Shown here: piece by piece, positions 28,225 through 37,875 of the stretch
Position numbering within the stretch: the first letter of the stretch is position 1
Layout: the number at the start of each line of letters is the position of its first letter
From: Candidatus Omnitrophota bacterium
Lineage (GTDB): Bacteria > Ratteibacteria > UBA8468 > B48-G9 > JAFGKM01
Direction: 5' to 3'
DNA: 64,000 nucleotides
Assembly (NCBI GenBank): GCA_023818645.1
Contig: JAMWCJ010000002.1
Location: 9,454-73,453 of the forward strand
Program-made: the position numbers and the translations under genes
The notes under the pieces: model-generated
Database searches by the model: none
Seen by the model: only the letters and a program-made list of their open reading frames with translations
Told to the model about the DNA's origin: nothing

Positions 28225-29310
28225 CTATTTCATTCCATATATTTCTTTTAATATTCTAATATAGTATTTATAATTTTCCAATGAGATATCAGATGAAACA
28301 GAATGGTCAATTTTTGGTATATAGCCTCCTTCTTCAATAACACCTATCTTTTTATGAATTTCCTTTTTTATATTTTCTTTCCCTTTTGCAACCTCTCTTT
28401 TATCAATCCCACCTATCATTTTTACCCTTTTTCCATACCTTTTTCTTAAATTAACAGGGTCCATATCTGCTGCAACTTCACAAGGTAAAAACCCATCTAT
28501 TCCACATTCAAAATATAATTCCATAAAAGGATTTAAGTTCCCATCACTATCATATATGGTTATATTTACACCAAATTTTTTTGCAAAATCACATACTTTT
28601 TTATATCTTGGGAAAAGAAAATTTTTAAACATAGTAGGTGAAATTAAAGTTGATGTTTTAAAAGCAATATCTTCTCCAAAACCAAGATAATCAATTTCAA
28701 CCTCAGGTAAGATTTTTTTCAACCCTTCCATACATATCAAATTTATTCTTTCAAAGAGTTCATCAACAAGTTCAGGTGCATCATAGAATAGATAAGAAGA
28801 ATATTCTACTCCTGCTAAATTCCTTAAAATCCAATAATAACACCCACCATCAAGAAATAATATATAATCCCTTTTTTCATTTTTCCATTTATTTATTTTT
28901 TCATTAATATCAATAGGCCATCTTTCTTTAATTAATGATAAATCAAATTTTTCTTTTATTATTCTTTCAAGGTCTTTTTTGTTTTTAACAGGAAACTCAA
29001 TCCATTCTGGCATACTTGTTGAATTTTTAAAATCTCTTACTTTTCTTCCGTATCTATCAATTTTTACAATTTCATTCTCATTTTCAAAAATAACTTTTTC
29101 TTCAAATGGTGGATATAGATTTGTATTAAGACCAGCATAAACAAATTTTAATTCTTCAATTTCAAAATATTCATAAAGTGAAACATTTTCAGGGAGACCT
29201 TCTTTATACCATCTTTTTAATGTATCATGCCATGGCCCATCTAATAGTATTGGAGGATGGTCAATTTTTTCAAATTTAAGCGTCTTTTTAAACCTTTCAT
29301 AATTAGTCAT
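28225..29310 (-). CDS. URO-D/MtaA-like family protein
   Basis: The N-terminus MTNYERFKKTLKFEKIDHPPILL… and the C-terminal block DSDGNLNPFMELYFECGIDGFLPCE are parallel to the 19905-21008 paralog. Confidence 0.55.
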   Translation of the reverse strand: MTNYERFKKTLKFEKIDHPPILLDGPWHDTLKRWYKEGLPENVSLYEYFEIEELKFVYAGLNTNLYPPFEEKVIFENENEIVKIDRYGRKVRDFKNSTSMPEWIEFPVKNKKDLERIIKEKFDLSLIKERWPIDINEKINKWKNEKRDYILFLDGGCYYWILRNLAGVEYSSYLFYDAPELVDELFERINLICMEGLKKILPEVEIDYLGFGEDIAFKTSTLISPTMFKNFLFPRYKKVCDFAKKFGVNITIYDSDGNLNPFMELYFECGIDGFLPCEVAADMDPVNLRKRYGKRVKMIGGIDKREVAKGKENIKKEIHKKIGVIEEGGYIPKIDHSVSSDISLENYKYYIRILKEIYGMK

Positions 29311-29313
29311 ACC

Positions 29314-31752
29314 CTATATTTTAATCAAAAATGTTTTTATTTCAAATGGTTTAATTTTAATATTATTTAATTCAACTTCATTTATTATATTTTCCATTAA
29401 ATCTGTTTCATAAATATTTTTAAATTTAAAATTCATTTTAATACTTAATTTTTTTTCTTTACCTTCACTTTCAAAAATTCTCATTATATATCCACTTTTA
29501 TTTTCTGCCATTTTAAAAGCAGATAAAACAATTCCTTCTGTATCTATAGAAATAAATGATTTTTCAACATTCTCATCACTCTTTACTATAAAAGAAAAAA
29601 CAGGATTTATAAAATTGTAAGATAACTTAATAACTTCATCAATTTTTTCTGGTTTTAATGGAAGTATTAAAAATTCATAATAATGTGTACCATTATCATA
29701 ACTACCAATATCTGGAATAAAACCACTTGCTTTTTCTGTTGGACTTCTTAATAAAGAAATAATTATTTTCCCATTATTTAATTGTTGACCAGGAGTTCCT
29801 TTATTGCTAACTGCTAAACCAATTTTTTCATCATAATAATATACCCAGTTTAAACATGGCCAGTCACCTTTTGAAGTAGAAAGAATATTTTTTGGGAAGT
29901 TTGCCATATTTTCTTTGTATTTAAATTCAACTTCAAAATAAGGTTTCCTTTCAATATATCCAAATGGTATTTCATAAATTGCCTTCGCTTTGTTAGGATT
30001 GATTTTTGTAGGAATAGATAAAAATATCTTTGTATTTTTACCTTTCCAATTTAATTTTAATTTCAAAATAATATATTTTAGTTCATTAAAAATAAAAATT
30101 TCTTTATTCCAAGTTAATTTCTCAAATCCATCCCATAACTGATAATGTTCAAAGCCAGTTTCTATTTCTTTTACCTCCCCTTCTATTTTTATATTAGTAA
30201 AAACATCTCCTTCTATAATATATCTAATTCTTTCTTCTTCAAATTCTCTACCCATTATAAGTCCATAGAAATCTTCTGTCCATAATGTTCCTCTATCTTC
30301 TCTAAAAACAATTTCAAATATATTTTTATCAAAAACATTTTCTTTTAAAAATTTTGGTATTATTTTTAATTCATTATCATTCACGCTTATTTTATAATTA
30401 TCATTTTCAAATTTATATTTTTCAATCTCTTTTTCTTTATTTATAACCTTTTCTTTTTCCTTTTTCCTTTCTTTGAAATTTAAAAACTTATATCCAAAAG
30501 AAGGAACATTTGCAATGAAAAAAGTACCATTGTCATAGTTCTGTGTTTTTATTTTCCTCCCTCCATCAAATATCTCAATATCATTTTTACCTTCAAGAAA
30601 AACAATATCTTTTCTTTTCCATGGATTTGTATTTAAAAGCATTATTTTACTTTTAGTTCCTCTTGAAACAACTTTTGATATACAATAATAAATTTTGGAA
30701 TATGCCTTTTTTATTATCTCTGTAAATTCATTCAACATATCAGTATATACATCATCAATATGACAACCACATATTCCATCATGAAATTGACATATCGCAA
30801 TTTTCTCCCATAAGTTATTAAAAAATTCATTGTCATAATCCATATTTGAAACAATATTGGCTATTGAATTTATTTTTTCACAATTTGTAAGTATATTTTC
30901 TGCCTTTCTATTTAATCTTTTTATTTCTATTCTTGTGGTATAACAACCAGTAAATTCAGGGTTAAATTCTCCTTTATATATAGGTAAATTTCCCTCTTTA
31001 ATTGTCTGATAATAATCAATTGGCTGCCTTATTTTTATTTCTTTAAAACTTTTAATTTTTGAAAATATTTTTTCATCAAAAAATCCTTCTTCAGTAGCAT
31101 AAAGAGCAAATATATTTTCTTTATCCTGATTTAAAATTTCAATTATAGAATTTTCCATTCTTTCTTCAGGTGAATATATTATAGGAAGATTACAAAGATG
31201 GGTATTGGTTGTAATCTCTCCGGTTGCGAAAGATGTTATAATCCTACTTCCATCAATTCCTTCCCATAAAAAATCACTACCAAATTTTTCAGGAAGTCCA
31301 GGTATTCTACCAGGGAATAAATATTTAAAATTTGATTTTTTTAGAATCTGAGGAATTTGTCCACTCATACCAAATGCATCCATAAACCAAGCAATTTCAA
31401 TGTCAACATTAAAATTTTCTTTATAATATTTTCTCCCTAAATAAATGTTTCTAACGATTGATTCACCACTAACTAAATTAGTATCAGGAATACTTACTAT
31501 TCCACCTACAAAATAAATCTTTTTCCCTTTTACAAGTTTTTCTATCTCTCTCTTATACTCTGGATTTTCTTTTAAAAATGTCTTTATTATATCTGATTGC
31601 GCAAAGCAGAATCTAAATTCAGGATATTTTCTAAAAAGATTTAAATTATATAAAATTTGCTCTTGTCTGACTTTATTATAACCTTCCTTTGTTCTTCTCC
31701 ATATTAAATCAGAATGATGATGAAAACAAAGAAATATTTTTTTATTTTCCAT
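29314..31752 (-). CDS. Glycoside hydrolase family 38-like alpha-mannosidase, cytoplasmic
   Basis: The N-terminal GH38 catalytic-domain landmarks are CFHHHSDLIW (H-x-H-x-D…W) and AWFMDAFGMSGQIPQIL (compare W.IDPFGHS..P.LL). 812 aa, no signal peptide. Confidence 0.7.
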   Translation of the reverse strand: MENKKIFLCFHHHSDLIWRRTKEGYNKVRQEQILYNLNLFRKYPEFRFCFAQSDIIKTFLKENPEYKREIEKLVKGKKIYFVGGIVSIPDTNLVSGESIVRNIYLGRKYYKENFNVDIEIAWFMDAFGMSGQIPQILKKSNFKYLFPGRIPGLPEKFGSDFLWEGIDGSRIITSFATGEITTNTHLCNLPIIYSPEERMENSIIEILNQDKENIFALYATEEGFFDEKIFSKIKSFKEIKIRQPIDYYQTIKEGNLPIYKGEFNPEFTGCYTTRIEIKRLNRKAENILTNCEKINSIANIVSNMDYDNEFFNNLWEKIAICQFHDGICGCHIDDVYTDMLNEFTEIIKKAYSKIYYCISKVVSRGTKSKIMLLNTNPWKRKDIVFLEGKNDIEIFDGGRKIKTQNYDNGTFFIANVPSFGYKFLNFKERKKEKEKVINKEKEIEKYKFENDNYKISVNDNELKIIPKFLKENVFDKNIFEIVFREDRGTLWTEDFYGLIMGREFEEERIRYIIEGDVFTNIKIEGEVKEIETGFEHYQLWDGFEKLTWNKEIFIFNELKYIILKLKLNWKGKNTKIFLSIPTKINPNKAKAIYEIPFGYIERKPYFEVEFKYKENMANFPKNILSTSKGDWPCLNWVYYYDEKIGLAVSNKGTPGQQLNNGKIIISLLRSPTEKASGFIPDIGSYDNGTHYYEFLILPLKPEKIDEVIKLSYNFINPVFSFIVKSDENVEKSFISIDTEGIVLSAFKMAENKSGYIMRIFESEGKEKKLSIKMNFKFKNIYETDLMENIINEVELNNIKIKPFEIKTFLIKI

Positions 31753-33667
31753 TTTTAAAAATTCCTAAAAATACTTTTTCTAATATTTTCTCCCACTCAC
31801 TACTTTCAAAAAAAACATTTAAATTATCATACTCAAAAGGTGCTCCAGTAATACAAAATATCTTCCCCCCTTTATCTAATTCTTTATAGATAAGAAAAGG
31901 GAAATCTCTATTTGTTTTAATTAAAATTTTTGAATTTGGTTTTGCTTTAACTTTATGAATATAAGGACAAAATAATTTTTTTCTTATTCTAATTTCATTT
32001 AAAAATTCATTTTTAAAAACTAAATATGAATTTTTGTCAAATTCTATATCAGAAAAAGAGGAACTTATTTCTATCGGTAAAATATCATAAAGAATAGAAT
32101 TTTTTAAACCACCAGCCCCATAAGAGACTTTCCCCCCAAGGAATATAATATTTCCTCCATTTTCAATATAATCCTTTAATATTTCAATACCAATATTCCC
32201 AAGAGATTCAATATTTACATTCCCAACAATTATTATATCTTTACTCATAATTTCATTATAATCAAAAGGGAAATATGTTATTCTCGGTCCTTCAAGCCCA
32301 ATACTATAATATCCATATTCACATGAGACATTAAATTTATTCTTCATTTTCTCTATAACATTTTCAATTTTATAATTTTCAGATAATAATCCTTTCATAA
32401 AAAATATATCAATTTTTCCATCGTATATTCTCTCTATCTTTTCTGGTTTCATAATTCTTTGTTTTTTAGCAATCTTTTCAACTTTAAATACTGGTGTGAC
32501 CATATCCTGCTGAATATTATCACCATAACCATAACTACCTGTATAAAAGTCAAAATATTTTTCTGAAATATTATCTCCCTTTATTTTAACAGATATTACA
32601 AGAGGGTCAGGGAAATTTATATTTTCTTTTTGAATTATTTCTTTAAATTCATCACTGTTAATCTTATCTATCTTAAAAATTGGCAGTGATATTTTTTTAT
32701 TTTCTATAGGGTTTAAAACTTCTGTATTTAATTCTAAATTTTTTATATCTTTTGAAACTCCTTTTATCAAATGTTTTATTTCAATTTTCCCATTTTCTCT
32801 ATAAATATTTATTCCACTTAAAATATCAAGAGAACAATGGCTTATATAATCAATCCCTGTAAATGGAATCATAACAATTTCTGTTTCCCAGAATTTACCA
32901 GGAGGAATAGGAATTTTATCAAACATAAATTCAAGAGTTGTGTTTCCTCCACAATTATAAAGCATATCAAGATAATTATAATCCATTAAAAAAATAATCC
33001 CTTCTTTTTTTTCTATATCTATTGCTCCACTCCATCCAGTATATGGGTCTTTTAAAAAATCTTTTTCACCTTTTTCCCTTACACTTTTCCTAATCCCTCT
33101 TAATGATGGTCTAAAAAATATATCATTTTCACTATCATAATCACCACCTATAAAAAACACATTTTGTAACCAATAAGCAGGAAGTTTACTTTTTTCTGTA
33201 TTATTTATAAGTTTTATATAACACCATATAATTTCAGAATCCTTTTTAATAACATATTTTTTTTCAAGGATTAATCCTTTTATTATCTCCTGTTCTACTC
33301 CTTGCCATATTCCACTTATTTCTCTTTTTAAAAGAATAGAAAAATAATCATTTTTTTTATCAATTGAAACAATATCATATGGAACCTCTAAAAGTTCACC
33401 AGGCCAAGTTTGACCCCATAAATGGTCCATAAAAAGCCCCATATATTTTTTCTTTCCAGGGATTATATCCTTTATTTTATTATTCTTCCATTCTTTATAA
33501 TAAAAACTTGAAATAATACCACCTCTTTTTGGAGAAATTACAAGTTTTATTCTATCATTTTCAACAATTATTTCATCGCCTATTTCTGCAACATTTATCA
33601 TAGAAAAGAGTATTTTGATGTTTAAAATAAGTAAAATAAAAAATTTCCCACGCATCTTTTCCCCCAT
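31742..33667 (-). CDS. Secreted hypothetical protein with a C-terminal class-I glutamine-amidotransferase-like (ThuA / GH42-trimerisation-like) module
   Basis: Signal peptide (MRGKFFILLILNIKILFSMINVAEIG). The C-terminal block DIIIVGNVNIESLG…YIENGGNIIFLGG…LPIEIS resembles the GGG-containing GATase1-like modules that recur in the other large proteins of this island. Confidence 0.4.
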   Translation of the reverse strand: MGEKMRGKFFILLILNIKILFSMINVAEIGDEIIVENDRIKLVISPKRGGIISSFYYKEWKNNKIKDIIPGKKKYMGLFMDHLWGQTWPGELLEVPYDIVSIDKKNDYFSILLKREISGIWQGVEQEIIKGLILEKKYVIKKDSEIIWCYIKLINNTEKSKLPAYWLQNVFFIGGDYDSENDIFFRPSLRGIRKSVREKGEKDFLKDPYTGWSGAIDIEKKEGIIFLMDYNYLDMLYNCGGNTTLEFMFDKIPIPPGKFWETEIVMIPFTGIDYISHCSLDILSGINIYRENGKIEIKHLIKGVSKDIKNLELNTEVLNPIENKKISLPIFKIDKINSDEFKEIIQKENINFPDPLVISVKIKGDNISEKYFDFYTGSYGYGDNIQQDMVTPVFKVEKIAKKQRIMKPEKIERIYDGKIDIFFMKGLLSENYKIENVIEKMKNKFNVSCEYGYYSIGLEGPRITYFPFDYNEIMSKDIIIVGNVNIESLGNIGIEILKDYIENGGNIIFLGGKVSYGAGGLKNSILYDILPIEISSSFSDIEFDKNSYLVFKNEFLNEIRIRKKLFCPYIHKVKAKPNSKILIKTNRDFPFLIYKELDKGGKIFCITGAPFEYDNLNVFFESSEWEKILEKVFLGIFKNGK

Positions 33668-36073
33668 TTATTTTGAAAATTTTATAACTACCATCTTCCA
33701 GTAAAATAAACAAGGTAGAAATATCTCTACTTCCCCATTTTTAATATCTGCCTTTAATTCATAATATTTTGTTTCTGGTTTTTCTCCTTCTATAAATGAC
33801 TCACAAGATAAACAATATGCTTTAATAAATTTATCTTTATTTTTTAATATAATCTTTATATTCTCAATTGGTTCTGGAAGAATACTTTCTGGATTTTTTT
33901 CTATATCTATTATTACAGGAGGATTTATAAGATGGATTATCAAGTATTTATACTTATTATCTTCCAATTGGTCAACTGTTTCTTTCCACCATAAATTTGA
34001 TGGTAAAATATTTATTATTCTTTCAGGATTTTCTAATCTTCTTAAATCTGTTCCAAAAGTAAACTTACCAAATCTAACGAGAAATTGTGCAAAATTTCCA
34101 ACATTTGTTTGAGAATTATAATAAAGAGTATTTGGATGTCCATTACCTGAAATTCTAAATATTGATTCATAAATTCTATCAACAGGATATTTACCACCAA
34201 ATCTATTTAAAGAAAAAGGATTATAATGTCCACCAAGAGAAAGAACATAATCTCCTTGCTCTGCCATTACTTTATAATATTTATCCCATTTATTATATGG
34301 ACTTGTGGGTGAATTGTAAGTATAAGAAACTTCATCAAGTAACCATCCACCATCCTTACATAATTCTTTTACCATTTTTGGAAACCTTCTTGTTTCTTCA
34401 AAAGAACCAAAATTTGTTCCAAATACAAAATTTGGGAATTCTTTTCTAATAATATTTTTCATCAATCTTAAATTCTCAATTGTCTGTTCTTCCATTTCTT
34501 TTTCTGTTTTTGCAAGTGGATTTCCAAAAAAGTCATAATATGGAGAATAAGGACCCCAAAGAGGTCCTGTATTTAAATGACCACAGTCCCATCTTATACC
34601 CTCCCAACCAAAAATTTTTGTTGATTCTATCACTTGATTTGCAATATATTCAATAACTTCTTTCAATTTATAATTTGGAACAAAATATCCAATTGTTGAA
34701 AAGTTTATTACCTGCTTACTATACATCTTCCAAAATTCAACATATTTTTTCCAATTTTCTTCTGTGTCTTGCCATCCAGGGGAACCAGGATATATCTTTT
34801 TATAGGTATCCCAATCAAAATTTTTCCAGAACTCCTTTTGTCTTTCAATTTCAGAAACTTTGTAAAATTCAATTAAATCACCATCTTTACTATATGCGAA
34901 CCAATATGGCTTTTTTTTCAATATTTCTATAGTTTTTTCTCCCATTGCTTGCTGTGCGATATAACTTATAGATGCAATACCATACTTTTTTAACTCGCTT
35001 ACTTCTTTTATTATTTCTCTTTTACTTCTTAATAAATTACCCCCATTGCCTCTAATCCATATTTCTTCTTCTGGAGCCATATAAAATGGTTCTCCTGGAG
35101 ACCAACTAAAAAATTCAGTGCAGGTTACATATTCTTTTTTTGCTCTTAAAGCACATTCTTTTATCACAGGGTCAGTTGCTCCAATATGATAAAAAACAGA
35201 GTGCCATGGACTATAATATTCTTTTATTGCTTCATCTCTTGCACCACAAACTGCTATTGCCCAAGGATTTTCATGAACTGTGAAAAATTCTTCTTTAATA
35301 TCTGAAATTTTATTATCTTCAAATAAAGTAATTTTTGTTGAATATCCATATTTTGTATTATTAAGTTTAAAGTCAAAACTTACACCTTTTATTTGTTTAG
35401 GTTCAATATTTATCTCTTTAATTTCTGTTTTTTTTATTTCATCAATATCAGTTATAAGTTCAAACTTTACTTTTATATTTTTATTCTCTCCTTTTAAATT
35501 TTCAATCTTTACATCTACTTTACCCTTTTCATTTGGAAGATATCTTATTTTATCTGGGAAAACATCTAAAATTCTTACATCAGGTAAGTCATCTATTCTT
35601 TCAATTTCAAATTTATCAATATAAATTATTGGTTCTCCTTCTTTCCCGTCCCATCTCATATAAAAAGAAACCTGATTTTTTTCTTTTAAAATAAAATCAA
35701 TAGAATAGTCATTGTAAGAATTCTTGTTTTTTGCTTTATATCCATAAATTACACCATATTCTTCAAGAATATTATTAATTTTTATATCAGTTCTCCATCC
35801 TTTACCTAAATAGCAAGCATTTTCTAATTTATATCTTATTTTAAATCTATATTTCCCATCTTTTTCAATTGGAACTGTAAAATATACAATATTCCAATCA
35901 GGAACACCAATAGAAGGAACTTTTAATGCCTTTTGGCCTGATGCATTATTATCACTAATTATTTCAACTCCTTTTTGGATATTAACAGTTTTATCTTCCC
36001 CTTCTATAACCAAAATATTTTGAGAATTTAAAGAAAAAATACAAAAAATTAAAAATAAAACTATCTTTTTCAT
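33668..36073 (-). CDS. Secreted hypothetical protein (possible carbohydrate-active enzyme)
   Basis: 801 aa with a signal peptide (MKKIVLFLIFCIFSLNSQN). The central region is rich in W/Y/E, as in TIM-barrel glycosidases, but no family motif was recognised. Confidence 0.35.
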   Translation of the reverse strand: MKKIVLFLIFCIFSLNSQNILVIEGEDKTVNIQKGVEIISDNNASGQKALKVPSIGVPDWNIVYFTVPIEKDGKYRFKIRYKLENACYLGKGWRTDIKINNILEEYGVIYGYKAKNKNSYNDYSIDFILKEKNQVSFYMRWDGKEGEPIIYIDKFEIERIDDLPDVRILDVFPDKIRYLPNEKGKVDVKIENLKGENKNIKVKFELITDIDEIKKTEIKEINIEPKQIKGVSFDFKLNNTKYGYSTKITLFEDNKISDIKEEFFTVHENPWAIAVCGARDEAIKEYYSPWHSVFYHIGATDPVIKECALRAKKEYVTCTEFFSWSPGEPFYMAPEEEIWIRGNGGNLLRSKREIIKEVSELKKYGIASISYIAQQAMGEKTIEILKKKPYWFAYSKDGDLIEFYKVSEIERQKEFWKNFDWDTYKKIYPGSPGWQDTEENWKKYVEFWKMYSKQVINFSTIGYFVPNYKLKEVIEYIANQVIESTKIFGWEGIRWDCGHLNTGPLWGPYSPYYDFFGNPLAKTEKEMEEQTIENLRLMKNIIRKEFPNFVFGTNFGSFEETRRFPKMVKELCKDGGWLLDEVSYTYNSPTSPYNKWDKYYKVMAEQGDYVLSLGGHYNPFSLNRFGGKYPVDRIYESIFRISGNGHPNTLYYNSQTNVGNFAQFLVRFGKFTFGTDLRRLENPERIINILPSNLWWKETVDQLEDNKYKYLIIHLINPPVIIDIEKNPESILPEPIENIKIILKNKDKFIKAYCLSCESFIEGEKPETKYYELKADIKNGEVEIFLPCLFYWKMVVIKFSK

Positions 36074-36074
36074 A

Positions 36075-37874
36075 TTATCTCCCTGTTAAAAATTTAATTA
36101 AATCAGTAATTAAATATTTACATTCCCAGAATGGTATTTCATTTTTTACTTTCTCACCTAAATTAGCACCAAGAAAACAAATTACTTTTCCTTTAAAGTA
36201 TTCTCCAATTATTAAAAATGGAAAATCCCCTGCTTTTATATATACTTTACAATTTGGTTTTACTTTTTTAATTTTATATATATAATAAACACTTATATTT
36301 TCATTGAATTTTATATTTTCTAAAAAAGACGCCTCTAAATTTTTTTTAAGAAAAAGGCCCTCTTTAAAAAACTCTATATTGCCTTCAATTTCAAAAGGCA
36401 AAATTTCTTCTAAAAAAGAATTTTTCCATCCACTTTTTTCATAACTTTGATGTCCAATAGTAATAATTAAATTTCCTCCTCTTTTCAAATATTCCTTAAT
36501 ATAGTTTTTATATCTTAATGGTATTGCTTTAATACTAACATCATTTAAAAATATAATATTATTATCAAAAAAATCTTTCACATCGTCTGGGAATTTATCA
36601 AAAGTGGGTGTATTCATCAGTACCTGGAAATATATCCTTTTAACTTCTCCTAATTCTTTTAAAACATCATCATAATCCTTGTATAAAAGTCCTGTAAAAG
36701 CAAGTATTTTCAATGGTTTTTCCTTTCTTGGATATAAATTCTCATCAACAAATCCTTCTATATTAGGATAAATTTCAATAAGGTCTTTATCTGAAAAGTT
36801 TAAAAGAGGAATGATTATTATATTGTCAATATACCATTCAATTTTCCCCTCAGTATAAACTCTTATACACCACCAACCAGGGTCTCTAATAATAAAATCA
36901 TCACTAAATGTAATATATTTTTTTTCTTTATCAAAATTAGAAGTATTAAAATTTATCAAAAGCCTTGTCCCTGAAAATTGAGAAGCAATATCAACAAATC
37001 CCATATTTACATTTTCTTTTTTAACATTAATTTTTGCTCTAATTTTAAATCTGTATAAGCCAGAAGGTAAAGAAGGAAAATATGGAGAATGAAAAACCAA
37101 TCCTTTTTCTCCAACTTCAGGAATATAAATTGTTTTCCCCTTCATTGCATCTCTATCATCAAAAACTTTACACCATTTACTTCCTTTACCTTTAAATCCT
37201 TCATCTATTGCTGGGAAAAATAAAGTTATAGGGAAAGAACTTTGAAATCTCTCAATATCTGTAATAAAGTCATCCTTATCAAATTCAGAAGAAGGAGGTA
37301 TATATTCTCTAAGTTGCATATTATCAATCCATAATTTTGAAATAATAAATTTTCCAAGAACTTTTTCACTATTATTTGATATCTGTATTTTTACTCTAAA
37401 AAATTTTGAATTTAAAGGACTGGTTAAAATTGCATCTCTTATATCCCAATCAGTTTCACTATAAAGAAATCTACTTATATTCCCCCGAGAAATTAAATTT
37501 TTATTATTATCGTACCATTCAATTGCTACATACGAATCTATTCCTATATACCTATCATATCCTTTACTTTCCCAACTCTGTTTATAAGAAGTTGAAAAAA
37601 AGTATTTTTTGTTTTCATCAACAGAAAAAAATGGGCTGTAAAGAGTTGCATAAGAATTATTTTTTTCAATCAATATACAAATAGAACCATCTTTGCTTAA
37701 TTTAATGTTGTTATCCCATAAAATACTTACACCTTCAGATTTTTTTATTTCCCAATAATGTAAAAGTTTTTCTCCTTTAAATTTTTCATATTCAATTAAA
37801 TTTTCTCCAAGAAAATTTGTTTCAGAATTTAAAATATAAAAAAAATAAAATAAAAAAAATAAAATTTTCTTCAT
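36075..37874 (-). CDS. Secreted hypothetical protein with a CBM-like N-terminal domain and a GATase1-like C-terminal module
   Basis: Signal peptide. The N-terminal beta-sandwich-like segment (…NLIEYEKFKGEKLLHYWEIKK…) is followed by the C-terminal …YLKRGGNLIITIGHQ…LPFEIEG module. Confidence 0.35.
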   Translation of the reverse strand: MKKILFFLFYFFYILNSETNFLGENLIEYEKFKGEKLLHYWEIKKSEGVSILWDNNIKLSKDGSICILIEKNNSYATLYSPFFSVDENKKYFFSTSYKQSWESKGYDRYIGIDSYVAIEWYDNNKNLISRGNISRFLYSETDWDIRDAILTSPLNSKFFRVKIQISNNSEKVLGKFIISKLWIDNMQLREYIPPSSEFDKDDFITDIERFQSSFPITLFFPAIDEGFKGKGSKWCKVFDDRDAMKGKTIYIPEVGEKGLVFHSPYFPSLPSGLYRFKIRAKINVKKENVNMGFVDIASQFSGTRLLINFNTSNFDKEKKYITFSDDFIIRDPGWWCIRVYTEGKIEWYIDNIIIIPLLNFSDKDLIEIYPNIEGFVDENLYPRKEKPLKILAFTGLLYKDYDDVLKELGEVKRIYFQVLMNTPTFDKFPDDVKDFFDNNIIFLNDVSIKAIPLRYKNYIKEYLKRGGNLIITIGHQSYEKSGWKNSFLEEILPFEIEGNIEFFKEGLFLKKNLEASFLENIKFNENISVYYIYKIKKVKPNCKVYIKAGDFPFLIIGEYFKGKVICFLGANLGEKVKNEIPFWECKYLITDLIKFLTGR

Positions 37875-37875
37875 T

